A stretch of DNA of 58,786 bases from assembly GCA_947494115.1 (NCBI GenBank), contig CANLTT010000002.1, forward strand, positions 1-58,786, written 5' to 3'. The translations under genes and the position numbers were made by a program. Positions 1-10,089 of this stretch are shown one piece after another (the stretch's first letter is position 1; each line of letters opens with the position of its first letter). Origin of the DNA: Candidatus Caenarcanales bacterium (GTDB lineage: Bacteria > Cyanobacteriota > Vampirovibrionia > Caenarcaniphilales > Caenarcanaceae). Under the pieces are notes generated by a model. It searched no databases, was not told the origin of the DNA, and saw nothing but the letters and a program-made list of their open reading frames with translations.

Positions 1-72
1 TACCTCTTCCTGAGACATTCCTCCCTCAAATGCCTCTATTACTTTTTTCCTTAAATCTTTAGAATATGTCAT
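1..72 (-). CDS. IS630-family (Tc1/mariner-like) transposase, first 24 codons only; the gene runs off the left edge
   Basis: The reverse complement of 1-72 starts with ATG (70-72) and reads MTYSKDLRKKVIEAFEGGMSQEEV. The YS.DLR.KV N-terminal HTH is the usual start of IS630 OrfA/transposases. Only 24 aa are visible, so the family call is tentative. Confidence 0.5.
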   Translation of the reverse strand, partial: MTYSKDLRKKVIEAFEGGMSQEEV

Positions 73-108
73 TTTATTTTTATTATTCACATATTCTAGA
101 TCTCTTTA
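1..108. mobile_element. Right-hand end of an insertion sequence (IS630-like); exact terminus not resolved
   Basis: The transposase start is at 72. A protein-like open frame on the plus strand begins abruptly right after the TAG at 107-109, which fits an IS end or TA target around 100-108. Confidence 0.4.
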
Positions 109-109
109 G

Positions 110-1288
110 CGGGGGTTTGCTATAGCCGCTGAAAATGCTAAGAATAGAAAAGAACTAACAAAAAAACAAAAGAATTCTTTAAAAGTTGCGGAAAGATTAA
201 TTAGAATACACGCAAAGGCAAGAGGAATTCCTAAAGAAGCACTGCCCACACTGAATCTATTAAACCCCGAGAGATTTGGCAAATATGTTGAGGGTTGGTG
301 TACTGCTAGTAATGATGGTCGTTGTATAGGTGTTAATAATAAGTTTTTTAAAAATTATAAAGCTCCTGATTTAGCAAAAACATATCTGCATGAATTCAAT
401 CATTATTTTTCTAACTATAATGAAACAACTGAATTAAAACTCTCGCAAGAATTTAAGGAAGAAATGGCTGATGCTTTTGGAATTCCTGTAGAGAGAATCA
501 TAAAAGCATATAATCCTGGTACTTTTGGATTGGAAGATAAAGGTCTTTCATTAAAAATAGAATTGGGACAAAAGGAGTTGGCAGACTTAATTTCTAATAT
601 TGTTTGTAGAAAAGAAGATGATAAAATTTTTGTTAATACAGCTGAAATGACAAAAAAACAAAAGAAATTACTAAATATTGTTATTAGCTATTTTGAAGAT
701 TTTCATGATTACACTCTAAACTCAGCAGAAGACAGAACTCGGCTAGCATATGACTTAGTAAAATTTATAAAAAAATATACCGAAAAAGAGAATCCAGCCC
801 CCATAAAAATTACCTATTCTCCAGAGGAAATATATAGAGGCTGTAGAGATAATTCATTTTATATAGATGAATGTCATGTAGAGGCTCTTGCTATATTTGA
901 TATGAAACATATTGCTCGCAACTATAAATATAAGCCTTTTTATGATCAGGATGGTGATACATCTAGCATACTTACATTTTATGATTGTTTGAAAGAAACT
1001 AATCCCAAGCTTGCTAATTTGTTCAAAGAAACTGTAAGAAAAGCTCTCTCTATAAAAAGTAGTTCGACAAATACTGGGCTGATTATTACATTTTTTGATT
1101 TGTATTTTTCTAAAGAAATGAAAATGTTGAATCTTACAAGCAAGGCAATGCAAGATATTTTAGTGTCAGAAAATGGTGTAAAATTATTTTATGAAAAAGC
1201 TCTTGAATTGGTTTCAATAGAGAAAGTAAATAAGGTTCAAGAATACACAAATAAACTTAATAATTTGCTTAAGAATTTTATACCTTAA
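110..1288 (+). pseudogene. 5'-truncated HExxH zincin-like protein (SprT/DUF45-style 'G.C...(20 aa)...HExxH'); the ORF-track ATG at 464 is internal
   Basis: The frame of the 464-1288 ORF stays open back to 110 (118 further codons with no ATG/GTG/TTG). It reads ...GWCTASNDGRCIGVNNKFFKNYKAPDLAKTYLHEFNHYF.... I estimate about 5e-5 for an open run of that length arising by chance in this AT-rich DNA. The frame is cut by the TAG at 107-109 next to the IS end. Confidence 0.5.
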
Positions 1289-1303
1289 TTTTCAATTGCG
1301 CAA

Positions 1304-2677
1304 TTAAACAGTTCTTGAAAATAACCTTTGAGAACCTTTTTGCAAATAAGCGTCAAAAATCATGGCAATATTACGCAAAAATACTCGGCCAATATAAGTT
1401 ATTTCGATTTGATTTTCCCTTAAAATAATTAAGCCATCAAGTTCTAAATCTTTTAACTGCAAAAGTTCTGTCGCAAAATGTTTTTCAAAATTAAGATCAA
1501 ATTCTTGTTCAATTTCGGCAAAAACTACTAAACCATGACAAAGTATTTTATTAATAATACTACGCCTTAATAAATCTTCACGGGTAAGTAAAACGCCTTT
1601 CTCAATGGGAATTCCTGCTTTATTACTTTCAAAATGCTCAATATAACGATTAAGTTTTTTTTCGTTTTGAGTATAAATATTACTAATAGAACTAATTGAA
1701 GTCATACCGAGTCCAAATAAATCGAGGCCAGCTTTAGTAGTATAACCTTGAAAATTACGATGTAAACTTCGAGTGGTTCTGGCTCTACAAAGCTCATCTG
1801 TTTTTTTAGAAAAATGATCCATACCAATAAATTCATAATCATTTTCGCTAAAACTTTTTAAAGCTTCCAAGAATATTGCAATTTTTTGTTGAGTATTTGG
1901 CAAAAATTCTTCTTGAATATGTGCTTTCTGAAAAGGCCTTAATGATGGAAGATGGGCATAATTAAACAAAGCAATGCGATCGGGATTTAGTTTAATTACT
2001 TTATTAAGTGTTTCTTTAAAACTCTCTGGCGATTGAAAAGGCAGGCCATAAATCAAATCAAAATTAATACTCTCAAAACCTAATTCTCGGCAATAATCGA
2101 GCATTTCAGCGATCATTTCAAAACTTTGTATTCTATTAACCGCCACTTGTACTTTTGCATCAAAATCTTGTACGCCCAAACTAAGCCGATTAAAACCCAG
2201 AGAACGCAAAAGTTTTAACTGCAAAAAAGTTGTTATGCGTGGGTCAATTTCAATACTAAATTCACTGTCTGGGGCAAAGTCTAAATTAAAATTTTGATTA
2301 ATTTGCTCAAATAAAGTTTTAAGTTGCGCCTCGGAAATATAAGTCGGGGTGCCGCCACCAAAATGCAATTGCTTAACTTTCCGCTTAGGGCTTAAAGATT
2401 TGCCAATTACTTTTATTTCTTTTTGCAAAGCCATTAAATAAGGCTCGCTAAGTGCCCCGTTAGGGCTAATAACAATATTACAAGCGCAATAATAACAAGC
2501 CGAACGGCAAAAAGGAATATGAAAATAAAGCGAAATATCATTCTCAGAGGCCACAGCCGCTTTTTGCCAACTCTCTAAACCAAAATCACTAGTCCATTCA
2601 GGCGCTGTAGGGTAACTAGTATAGCGTGGTCCAACTTTATCGTATTTATGCAAAAGTTCTAAAATTTGACTATTCAT
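1304..2677 (-). CDS. hemN: Oxygen-independent coproporphyrinogen III oxidase (radical SAM)
   Basis: 457 aa. N-terminal 'GPRYTSYPTAPEW', radical-SAM CxxxCxxC 'CRSACYYC', and HemN-like length and C-terminal domain. Confidence 0.9.
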   Translation of the reverse strand: MNSQILELLHKYDKVGPRYTSYPTAPEWTSDFGLESWQKAAVASENDISLYFHIPFCRSACYYCACNIVISPNGALSEPYLMALQKEIKVIGKSLSPKRKVKQLHFGGGTPTYISEAQLKTLFEQINQNFNLDFAPDSEFSIEIDPRITTFLQLKLLRSLGFNRLSLGVQDFDAKVQVAVNRIQSFEMIAEMLDYCRELGFESINFDLIYGLPFQSPESFKETLNKVIKLNPDRIALFNYAHLPSLRPFQKAHIQEEFLPNTQQKIAIFLEALKSFSENDYEFIGMDHFSKKTDELCRARTTRSLHRNFQGYTTKAGLDLFGLGMTSISSISNIYTQNEKKLNRYIEHFESNKAGIPIEKGVLLTREDLLRRSIINKILCHGLVVFAEIEQEFDLNFEKHFATELLQLKDLELDGLIILRENQIEITYIGRVFLRNIAMIFDAYLQKGSQRLFSRTV

Positions 2678-2679
2678 GA

Positions 2680-5205
2680 CTACTGCTCATCATTATAGGG
2701 GCTTGTAAAAATGCGTCTAAGGCGAGAAGGTCTGGGAGGTTCTTGATTGGGCGATGGAGGAATATTAGGATTAGGATTGTCTGTATTTTCTCGAAAACGC
2801 CTAAAGAATAAACGCTTTTTTCGGGGTTCTTCTTGTCTGGGAGGTTGCTCAGGAGTTGGTTGTGCAATAGGTGGTGGTGGCGGTATTTCTTCTCGAGGAA
2901 TTAAAACTGGTCTAGCAGAGGGAGTTGGCATACCATCAATTGGCGTTGGTGCTGTTTGTGCGCCTTGGACTTGCACATCGGCGGGATTACCAATTAATTC
3001 ATCTTCAAAATCTTCAGGATCTTCAATTTCTTCTTCTGGAGCGGCTTGTAATCTTTGTTCTTCTCTTTCTTTTAGATATTTTTCAATTTGCTCTGGAGTT
3101 GGCGGTGGCGCATATTTATCTGGCTCAGTACCTGGCACAAATTCACGATATTCTGGTTGAAAAGTATCATTAGTTGATAAAAGCCCCGTAATCGGATCAA
3201 TAAGCAATCTTATACGTGGAGACGGTTTAGGGAAATAAGAAACCGAGGTTGGATTAATTGCATAATAGCGTAGCATAAAAGTGCGCCAAATAGCGGCCAT
3301 CACACCGCCCCCAGTGGCATATTGAGAAGCTTTTTTATTGGTATCATTGCCGCCCCAAACTGCCGTAACTGTGTCTGGAGTAAAACCTATAAACCAAATA
3401 TCTCTTGCTTCATCGGCTGTGCCTGTTTTACCAGCAATTTGCAAACCTGGTATTTTAGCTTGCGCTCCTGTTCCATGGTCTACAACATCAAGTAAAATAT
3501 CAATAAGTTCATATATAGGCCCTGGCGGAAGCACTTTGTCTGGCACGGCATTATTTTGTTCGAGGGTTTTCCCATTACGATCAGTGAGGCGTTTGATAAT
3601 AACGGGTTTTAAATAAATACCTCCCCGAGCCAAAACAGCATATGCATTAGCGGCCGCCAAAGGTGAAATTGCCGAACTACCAAGCGCAGAAGATAAATAA
3701 GGTTGAACGCCCTTGATGCCAACTTTTTCGGCAATTTCGATTATGCTTGGCATTCCCACTTTTTGGGCAACTCGAATAGCTGGTATATTACGTGAATTAA
3801 TGAGGGCTTTGCGTATGGTAATTTCGCCCCAAAAAGAATGGTCAAAGTTTTTCGGATTCCAAACCTCGCCTGTTTCGGGATTTTGATAAGTAAAAGGCGT
3901 ATCCATAATTGTAGAATTGCTTGAATAAAGGCCTTTCAAAAAAGCCGACAAATAAACAAAGGGTTTAAATGCCGACCCAATGGTGTGAATGCTAGTTGCT
4001 CTATTCCACTGGTGTTTCCAGAAATCGCCAATGCCGCCCACAATTACCCGCACTTCATTACTTGCAACATCAATGGTTACCAAAGCACCTTGCGAAATTC
4101 CAGAGGGGGCTTTTTTGATGCCTTCGCTTAAAATCTTTTCGGCTTGCGCTTGAGCTTCTTGGTCTAAGGCGGTATAAACCTTAAGGCCAGCATGTCTCAA
4201 TTCTTGTTCACTAAAACGAGATCTAAGTTCTTCAAGCACAACGCTCATATAATAAGGAAACTTAGACATATTGCCAGCATCAGATTCAAATTTTAAAGGA
4301 TAAACCAAAGCGTCTCTGGCTTGGACTTTGGTGATATAGCCGTAGCGAACCATATCTTTGATAATTTGCTTTTGAATTTTAAAAACTCTTGGCGTATTAT
4401 GCAAAGTGCTTGGAGACGAAAGCAAGGCCACCAAATAAGCCGATTCAGCGACATTTAAATCGGAGGCATGTTTATTAAAATAACGCTTAGACGCTCTCTC
4501 TACACCATATGCGCTTTTACCCCAATAAACCTGATTTAAATAAATTTCAAGAATTTGGTCTTTAGAATATTTTTTTTCTACTTCTAAAGCCAAAAACAAT
4601 TCTTTAACTTTTCTTTGGGTTGTTGCCCATTCTTTTGGCGAGAAAAAAATGTTTTTGACTAATTGTTGCGTAATTGTACTTCCGCCTTGCTTCAGCTTGC
4701 CAGACTTTAAATTAATTAACATAGCCCGAAAAATGCCCAAAAAATTTACACCGCTATGCTCATAAAAATTGCGATCTTCACTAGCAAACAGAGCTTGTTT
4801 TAAAGGCATAGAAACATCTTTGAGCAAAACTACTTGGCGATCTTCTTGGCCTTGTAAAACTGCCACAAATTGGTCATTTTTGTCATAAACTTCAATCGAA
4901 CTTATCGGTGAGTAATTTTCAAGATTATCAACTTTAGGTAAACCAAATAAACGATTAATTGGCGAAATAAAAATATTCAAAAAAATCCAGCCAATCATCA
5001 TAGCAAGCAAAAAATACCCGAATAAATAAATTGGTTTTTGCGCCAAAAAAGCTTTTACTTTTTCAAGGTCAAACTTACCTTTAGGTTCGGGTGATTTAAA
5101 TGACGGAGAAACACGACTTTCGGTTTTGTCGGTTTTAAAACTCCAATTTTTTGTATTGCTCATAAATTTAAGAGAAACCTTAGATAATAATCCAAAATCT
5201 TGCAA
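2680..5205 (-). CDS. mrcA: Bifunctional class A penicillin-binding protein (PBP1A type) with a ~150-aa Pro/Glu-rich C-terminal tail
   Basis: Glycosyltransferase motifs 'EDRNFYEHSGV' and 'GGSTITQQLVKN'. Transpeptidase motifs 'SAFKP' (SxxK), 'SRN' and 'KTGT'. N-terminal TM anchor. Confidence 0.9.
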   Translation of the reverse strand: MQDFGLLSKVSLKFMSNTKNWSFKTDKTESRVSPSFKSPEPKGKFDLEKVKAFLAQKPIYLFGYFLLAMMIGWIFLNIFISPINRLFGLPKVDNLENYSPISSIEVYDKNDQFVAVLQGQEDRQVVLLKDVSMPLKQALFASEDRNFYEHSGVNFLGIFRAMLINLKSGKLKQGGSTITQQLVKNIFFSPKEWATTQRKVKELFLALEVEKKYSKDQILEIYLNQVYWGKSAYGVERASKRYFNKHASDLNVAESAYLVALLSSPSTLHNTPRVFKIQKQIIKDMVRYGYITKVQARDALVYPLKFESDAGNMSKFPYYMSVVLEELRSRFSEQELRHAGLKVYTALDQEAQAQAEKILSEGIKKAPSGISQGALVTIDVASNEVRVIVGGIGDFWKHQWNRATSIHTIGSAFKPFVYLSAFLKGLYSSNSTIMDTPFTYQNPETGEVWNPKNFDHSFWGEITIRKALINSRNIPAIRVAQKVGMPSIIEIAEKVGIKGVQPYLSSALGSSAISPLAAANAYAVLARGGIYLKPVIIKRLTDRNGKTLEQNNAVPDKVLPPGPIYELIDILLDVVDHGTGAQAKIPGLQIAGKTGTADEARDIWFIGFTPDTVTAVWGGNDTNKKASQYATGGGVMAAIWRTFMLRYYAINPTSVSYFPKPSPRIRLLIDPITGLLSTNDTFQPEYREFVPGTEPDKYAPPPTPEQIEKYLKEREEQRLQAAPEEEIEDPEDFEDELIGNPADVQVQGAQTAPTPIDGMPTPSARPVLIPREEIPPPPPIAQPTPEQPPRQEEPRKKRLFFRRFRENTDNPNPNIPPSPNQEPPRPSRLRRIFTSPYNDEQ

Positions 5206-5226
5206 ACTTAAATTTTACTTTGTTTT

Positions 5227-7029
5227 TTATTTAAAGTTCAAATTAGCTTTGCGTAAGCGTATAGATTGTGGAGTAACTTCAAGAAGCTCATCGGCGGCTA
5301 TATAATCCAAAGCAAATTCTAAGGTTAATTTAATTGGGGCGGCCAAGGCATCTAAAGATTCGGCTCCCGCACTGCGCATATTGGTGAGCTTTTTGGCTTT
5401 ACAAATATTAATAACCAAATCTTGAGGCTTATTGCTTTCACCGATTACCATGCCTCTATAGACCTTGGTTCCAGGAATTACAAAATAAACTCCTCTGTCT
5501 TCAAGCCCTTTGAGAGCATATTCTGTGGCGGTGCCGTCTTCATGCGAAATTAAAGCTCCGTCTCTTATTCCTCCGATTTCACCAGCCATGGGCGAATAAT
5601 CCGAAAAACCACTAGACATAATGCCTTGGCCTTTGGTTAAACGTATAAAAGTGCTTCTAAAGCCAAGCAAGCCTCTAGAAGGAATTCTAAATTCTAATGT
5701 AGTGCGCCCCTGAAAAGTATGCATGGTTTGCATTTCGGCTCTACGTCTGCCCAAGGCCTCAATACAAGCACCAGCCATTTCTTCTGGAACATCAAGTACC
5801 AACTGTTCAAAAGGTTCACAAGTTTTTCCGTCAATTTGTTTTAAAAGCACTTGAGGCTTGCTAACTTCAAACTCAAAACCTTCACGGCGTAAAGTTTCAA
5901 TCAAAATGCCTAAATGTAATTCGCCACGTCCGCTCACCAAGAAAGAATCGGTCGAATCTGTTTCTTCAACTTTCAAACTTACATTAGTTTTAATCTCTTT
6001 AAATAAGCGATCTCTGATTTGTCTTGAAGTTACAAATTTGCCTTCTTGGCCTGAAAATGGGCTTGTATTAACCGAGAAAGTCATTTGCAAAGTTGGTTCA
6101 TCAACCTTAATACTTGGCAAAGGCTTTGGATCGGATGGATCAACAATTGTGTCTCCAATTTGAGCATCTTCAAGACCAGCCAGAGCTACAATGTCTCCAG
6201 TTTGCGCTTCTTCGGTTTCTATGCGTTTCAAGCCCTCAAAAGTAAATAGTTTAGAAACACGAGCTTGAGTGATTTTACCCTCTGAGTCAGACAAGCCAAT
6301 CGATTGACCAACTTTTACTAAACCATTGCTAACCCGTCCAATGACGATGCGCCCCAAATAATCGCTATAATCAAGCGTTGCAACTTGTAATTGTAAAGAA
6401 TTTTCACGTTCGCCTGGTGGTTTAGGAATTTCTTTAAGGACAGTTTCCAGCAAATCATAAAGAGTATCTTTGATATTATCTAGGTCTAAACCAGCTTGCC
6501 CAGATAAGCCACTAGCATAAACAATCGGAAATTCAAGTTGTTCTTCAGAGGCACCGAGTTCAATAAATAAATCTAAAGCTTTGTCAATTGCTCGATTTGG
6601 GTCTGCGGCTGGGCGGTCAATTTTGTTTACAACCACAATAACTTTTAGATGACGCTCTAGAGCTTTGCGCAAAACAAAACGAGTTTGAGGCATTGGTCCT
6701 TCTACGGCATCAATAACCAATAAAATGCCATCAACCATATTTAAAACGCGTTCAACTTCACCCGAAAAGTCGGCGTGGCCAGGTGTATCAAGAATATTAA
6801 TTTTATACTCTTTATGAGGAATGGCCGTGTTTTTTGCTAAAATCGTGATTCCACGCTCTTTTTCAAGCTGATTAGAATCCATAGCCCTTTCTTCAATTAT
6901 TTGGTTAGAACGAAAAATGCCACTTTGCCTAAACATACTGTCTACAAGAGTGGTTTTGCCGTGGTCTACGTGAGCCACAATAGCAATATTACGAATAAAA
7001 TCAGTAGAAAGAGCTTGCGAGATATTCAT
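5227..7029 (-). CDS. typA: Translational GTPase TypA/BipA
   Basis: 600 aa with '[10 protein letters not shown]', 'DTPGHADF' and 'NKIDR', and an EF-G-like domain order with the BipA C-terminal domain. Confidence 0.95.
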   Translation of the reverse strand: MNISQALSTDFIRNIAIVAHVDHGKTTLVDSMFRQSGIFRSNQIIEERAMDSNQLEKERGITILAKNTAIPHKEYKINILDTPGHADFSGEVERVLNMVDGILLVIDAVEGPMPQTRFVLRKALERHLKVIVVVNKIDRPAADPNRAIDKALDLFIELGASEEQLEFPIVYASGLSGQAGLDLDNIKDTLYDLLETVLKEIPKPPGERENSLQLQVATLDYSDYLGRIVIGRVSNGLVKVGQSIGLSDSEGKITQARVSKLFTFEGLKRIETEEAQTGDIVALAGLEDAQIGDTIVDPSDPKPLPSIKVDEPTLQMTFSVNTSPFSGQEGKFVTSRQIRDRLFKEIKTNVSLKVEETDSTDSFLVSGRGELHLGILIETLRREGFEFEVSKPQVLLKQIDGKTCEPFEQLVLDVPEEMAGACIEALGRRRAEMQTMHTFQGRTTLEFRIPSRGLLGFRSTFIRLTKGQGIMSSGFSDYSPMAGEIGGIRDGALISHEDGTATEYALKGLEDRGVYFVIPGTKVYRGMVIGESNKPQDLVINICKAKKLTNMRSAGAESLDALAAPIKLTLEFALDYIAADELLEVTPQSIRLRKANLNFK

Positions 7030-7091
7030 TAATTAAAATAGTTCTATAGACATATTGATTCTAACAAATTAAAGTGAAAGAAAATTATGTC

Positions 7092-8321
7092 TTAACGTAA
7101 AACAGTTAGAGGATTTTGTGGTTTTCCTGCAAGGCGATATTCAAAATGCAAGTGTGGACCAGTTGAATAACCAGTAGAACCGACATGACCTATAACTTGA
7201 CCTTGATAAACTTTTTGGGCTTGACTGACAGAAATACGTTCTAGGTGAGCATAAAGAGTAGATTTGCCATTGCTATGCGAAATGATAATAGTTTTGCCAT
7301 AACCACTATACCAACCAGCAAATATAACTAAACCACCATTAGAAGCCTTGATTGGTGTTCCATAACGTGCACCTAAATCTACGCCGCTATGAAAAGAACG
7401 TACATGAAAAATTGGGTGCATTCTATAGCCAAAAGGTGAAGTAATGGCCGCTCTAACAGGAAAATCAAAATAACTCTTAATTAAATCTTGCAAACCAATA
7501 CCATTACCATCAGAAAGAACTAAAATTTTCTTAGTTAGCTCAGTCGATTCTCTCTCTAATTGTCTTTCAGCTGATTCATATGCTAGTCTTTCTTTTCTTA
7601 AGCGGTCTACCAAGCTATACTGTTCGTTTTTCTTTAATGAAATAGCTTGTTTTAATCTTTCAGATTCTTGCATGGAAACAGCCATATCTTCTTGTTTTTT
7701 GCGCCAAACAGTCTGCACGGCTCTTAAATTGTTTTGTTTGTATTTTATTTGTTTTATTAAAGAGGTTTCTTTATTTATGAGCTTACGCTGATAGTAAATA
7801 ATATTTAAAAACTGCACTATACTACGGGATTCAAATAAAGACTCCGCTAAAGTAGAGAGCATACCAGCTTTATGCATATAGATATGACGAAGATGTCTAC
7901 GTAATAAAGCCGATTGATTATAAATTTGTTTGTCTATATTGCGAATTTGGCTTTGAGCGGTATGAATTTCTTTTTCGATTCCAAAAAGTTTTCTTTGGGT
8001 TTCGATATAGGTAGATTGAACACGATAAAGTTCTCTTTGCGTTTTTTGAAGTTGCGCTAAAGCTAGTCTCTCTTTTTGCCTAGCAGAATTAACTTTTTTT
8101 CTTATGCTGGCGGCATTTTCTTTGTTTGCGGTAAGCCGACTATGATAAGAATTTAAAGATATATGAGAAGTATCATTGCTAGCCAGTTCTGTGTCATCAC
8201 TTTGAACAGCTCTAGAAGATTTACCGAAAGCGATTAGCGAGCTTAATAAATAAAAAGAGAAAATGATAAGGAGTAATAAAACCTTGTTCTTGTTCGCTTT
8301 ACTCGCTTTTCCTTTACTCAT
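7092..8321 (-). CDS. M23-family peptidoglycan metallopeptidase with a long coiled-coil (EnvC-like architecture)
   Basis: Signal/TM segment at the N-terminus, about 250 aa of heptad-like Q/K/E/R-rich sequence, then C-terminal M23 motifs 'FHSGVDL' and 'GPHLHFE'. Confidence 0.85.
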   Translation of the reverse strand: MSKGKASKANKNKVLLLLIIFSFYLLSSLIAFGKSSRAVQSDDTELASNDTSHISLNSYHSRLTANKENAASIRKKVNSARQKERLALAQLQKTQRELYRVQSTYIETQRKLFGIEKEIHTAQSQIRNIDKQIYNQSALLRRHLRHIYMHKAGMLSTLAESLFESRSIVQFLNIIYYQRKLINKETSLIKQIKYKQNNLRAVQTVWRKKQEDMAVSMQESERLKQAISLKKNEQYSLVDRLRKERLAYESAERQLERESTELTKKILVLSDGNGIGLQDLIKSYFDFPVRAAITSPFGYRMHPIFHVRSFHSGVDLGARYGTPIKASNGGLVIFAGWYSGYGKTIIISHSNGKSTLYAHLERISVSQAQKVYQGQVIGHVGSTGYSTGPHLHFEYRLAGKPQNPLTVLR

Positions 8322-8610
8322 ACTATATTACTCTTAAAAATAAACTGTGAGAGGGCGCATCTTAACTTCACTTAGTCAGACGATCAAATTATGTTGTTAT
8401 CTTACCCAAGATTTGTAATTATTGCCAAGATTATTAACCAACGATGATCTTATTGACTAAGATAAATACCTAAATGTTTCCTACCCGATAGTAGTTAATT
8501 TGTTTCATTTATAAGATTTATTTTTAAGTTTTAACATTCTATTTACTTGTTTTTTGGTTTAATAATTTAGCCAAATATGTGATTTACCAAGATATAAAAG
8601 GGTTTTAAGA

Positions 8611-9159
8611 CTATTTATTTAATTCTTCTTCAATTGCGTTTGTTATTTCTTTAGAAACTGGATTAACCCAAGGTGCAAACTTTTTGACCACTTGACCTTT
8701 TTTGTTTATTAAATATTTTTGAAAATTCCACTGTGCTGTCCCTTTAGCTGAAGAGAGTTTTTCATACAATTCAAGTTGGTTTTTTCCTTTAACATGCACT
8801 TTAGCAAAAATAGGAAAAGTTATATTGAATTCTGTTTTGCAAAACTTTTGAATTTGCTCATTATTGGCTGGTTCTTGATTAGCAAAATCATTAGATGGAA
8901 AAGCCAAAACCTCAAAACCGTTCTCTTTATATTTATTGTAAAGATTCTGTAAGTTGGTATATTGTTTTGTAAAACCACATTTTGAAGCTGTATTTACAAT
9001 TAACAAAACCTTACCTTGATATTGACACAGATTTACCTCTTGACCGTTTATGTCTTTGACCTTTGTATTTAAAATATGAGAGCATTCATTGGCATTCATG
9101 GTTTGGCTTAAGAAAAGTGCATTAAAAAAAAGACAATAAATTATAAAAGTTTTAGACAT
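8611..9159 (-). CDS. Glutathione peroxidase-family thiol peroxidase, secreted
   Basis: 'NTASKCGFT', 'FPSNDFANQEP' and 'WNFQKYLI' match the GPx signatures. Has an N-terminal signal peptide. Confidence 0.88.
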   Translation of the reverse strand: MSKTFIIYCLFFNALFLSQTMNANECSHILNTKVKDINGQEVNLCQYQGKVLLIVNTASKCGFTKQYTNLQNLYNKYKENGFEVLAFPSNDFANQEPANNEQIQKFCKTEFNITFPIFAKVHVKGKNQLELYEKLSSAKGTAQWNFQKYLINKKGQVVKKFAPWVNPVSKEITNAIEEELNK

Positions 9160-9995
9160 TATATTTTGGCGGCTTTAATTAAGGCCGAGAGTTTACGACT
9201 TTTTTGTGGATCTATAACTTCTAGCATTTTTTGGCGATTTAAAGCTTCTTCTTTGTTTTTTGTATGAACTAAACTTATAGCGGCAATATTAAAATGAGCT
9301 TCTGGCAATTGAGGATTAAGCTCTAGAGCCTTTTTATAAGCTCTTAAAGCCTCGTCAAATTGTTTGATTCTAAAATAAGAATTGCCTAAATTATTGTAAG
9401 CACGGGCATCTTCCGTAAATTTTAAAGAATTCAAACAAGCAGAAATGGCCTCATTATAACGGGCGGCATAAACATAGGCGGCGCATAAATTATAATTAGC
9501 TTCTTTATAGTTTGGTTCTAACTGAATTGCTTTTTGGTAACTTTCAACCGCTTTTAAATATTGTTTTTCATCAATTAAAGCATTACCCAAGCCATTATGA
9601 GCTGGTGCAAAACCTGGTTTAATTTCGAGAGCTTTATTGTAAGCCTGCACTGCTTGCTCATGTTCGCCTTGCACAAAAAAAACATTGCCCAAATTATAAT
9701 AAGCCTCGGCATAATTTGGATTAAGTTTAATGGCCGCTAAATAATGTCTAATTGGTTTGCCATCACGACCTTCTTCCCAATAGATGTTTCCTAAATTTAA
9801 ATGCGCTTCGGCCACCCGAGGATTTTGAGAGATAAATTGCTTTAACTGACTTTCTTTGGCTCTTAATTGTTGCTTGTCGGCTAAAGTTAAGTCTTTTCTT
9901 TCTTCTTGATTAGAAGGCTGAGCGCAAACACCCAAAGTATTTAGGCTAAGCAGAAAAAAAGTTAAGGTTAAAAAATTGTTTTTTAAATAAAGCAT
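9159..9995 (-). CDS. TPR-repeat protein with signal peptide
   Basis: Repeated 34-aa units containing 'A..Y.LGN.Y...G....A...Y.KAL.L.P', about 6 copies. Confidence 0.85.
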   Translation of the reverse strand: MLYLKNNFLTLTFFLLSLNTLGVCAQPSNQEERKDLTLADKQQLRAKESQLKQFISQNPRVAEAHLNLGNIYWEEGRDGKPIRHYLAAIKLNPNYAEAYYNLGNVFFVQGEHEQAVQAYNKALEIKPGFAPAHNGLGNALIDEKQYLKAVESYQKAIQLEPNYKEANYNLCAAYVYAARYNEAISACLNSLKFTEDARAYNNLGNSYFRIKQFDEALRAYKKALELNPQLPEAHFNIAAISLVHTKNKEEALNRQKMLEVIDPQKSRKLSALIKAAKI

Positions 9996-10089
9996 AGTTT
10001 GTTTATATGGGAAGAATATATAAATTACAAAAAAGTTTCCACTTAATTTTTATTTTACTAAAATTATTCCACTGTCTTTAAACATTCCC

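Noticed and set aside
73-109. Possible identity between the IS630-like end (…TCTAGATCTCTTTAGC) and the MITE TIR (TAGACCTCTTGCAA)
   Set aside because: Only about 10 of 14 positions match, and in the wrong orientation for the outer terminus of this IS. I cannot link the MITEs to this IS from the visible 100 nt.
2747-3173. Plus-strand ORFs (137 aa and 82 aa) rich in Gly/Ser/Cys, lying opposite the PBP1A tail
   Set aside because: They are antisense to a well-supported CDS. Their low-complexity composition is the mirror image of the Pro/Glu codons. They have no motifs.
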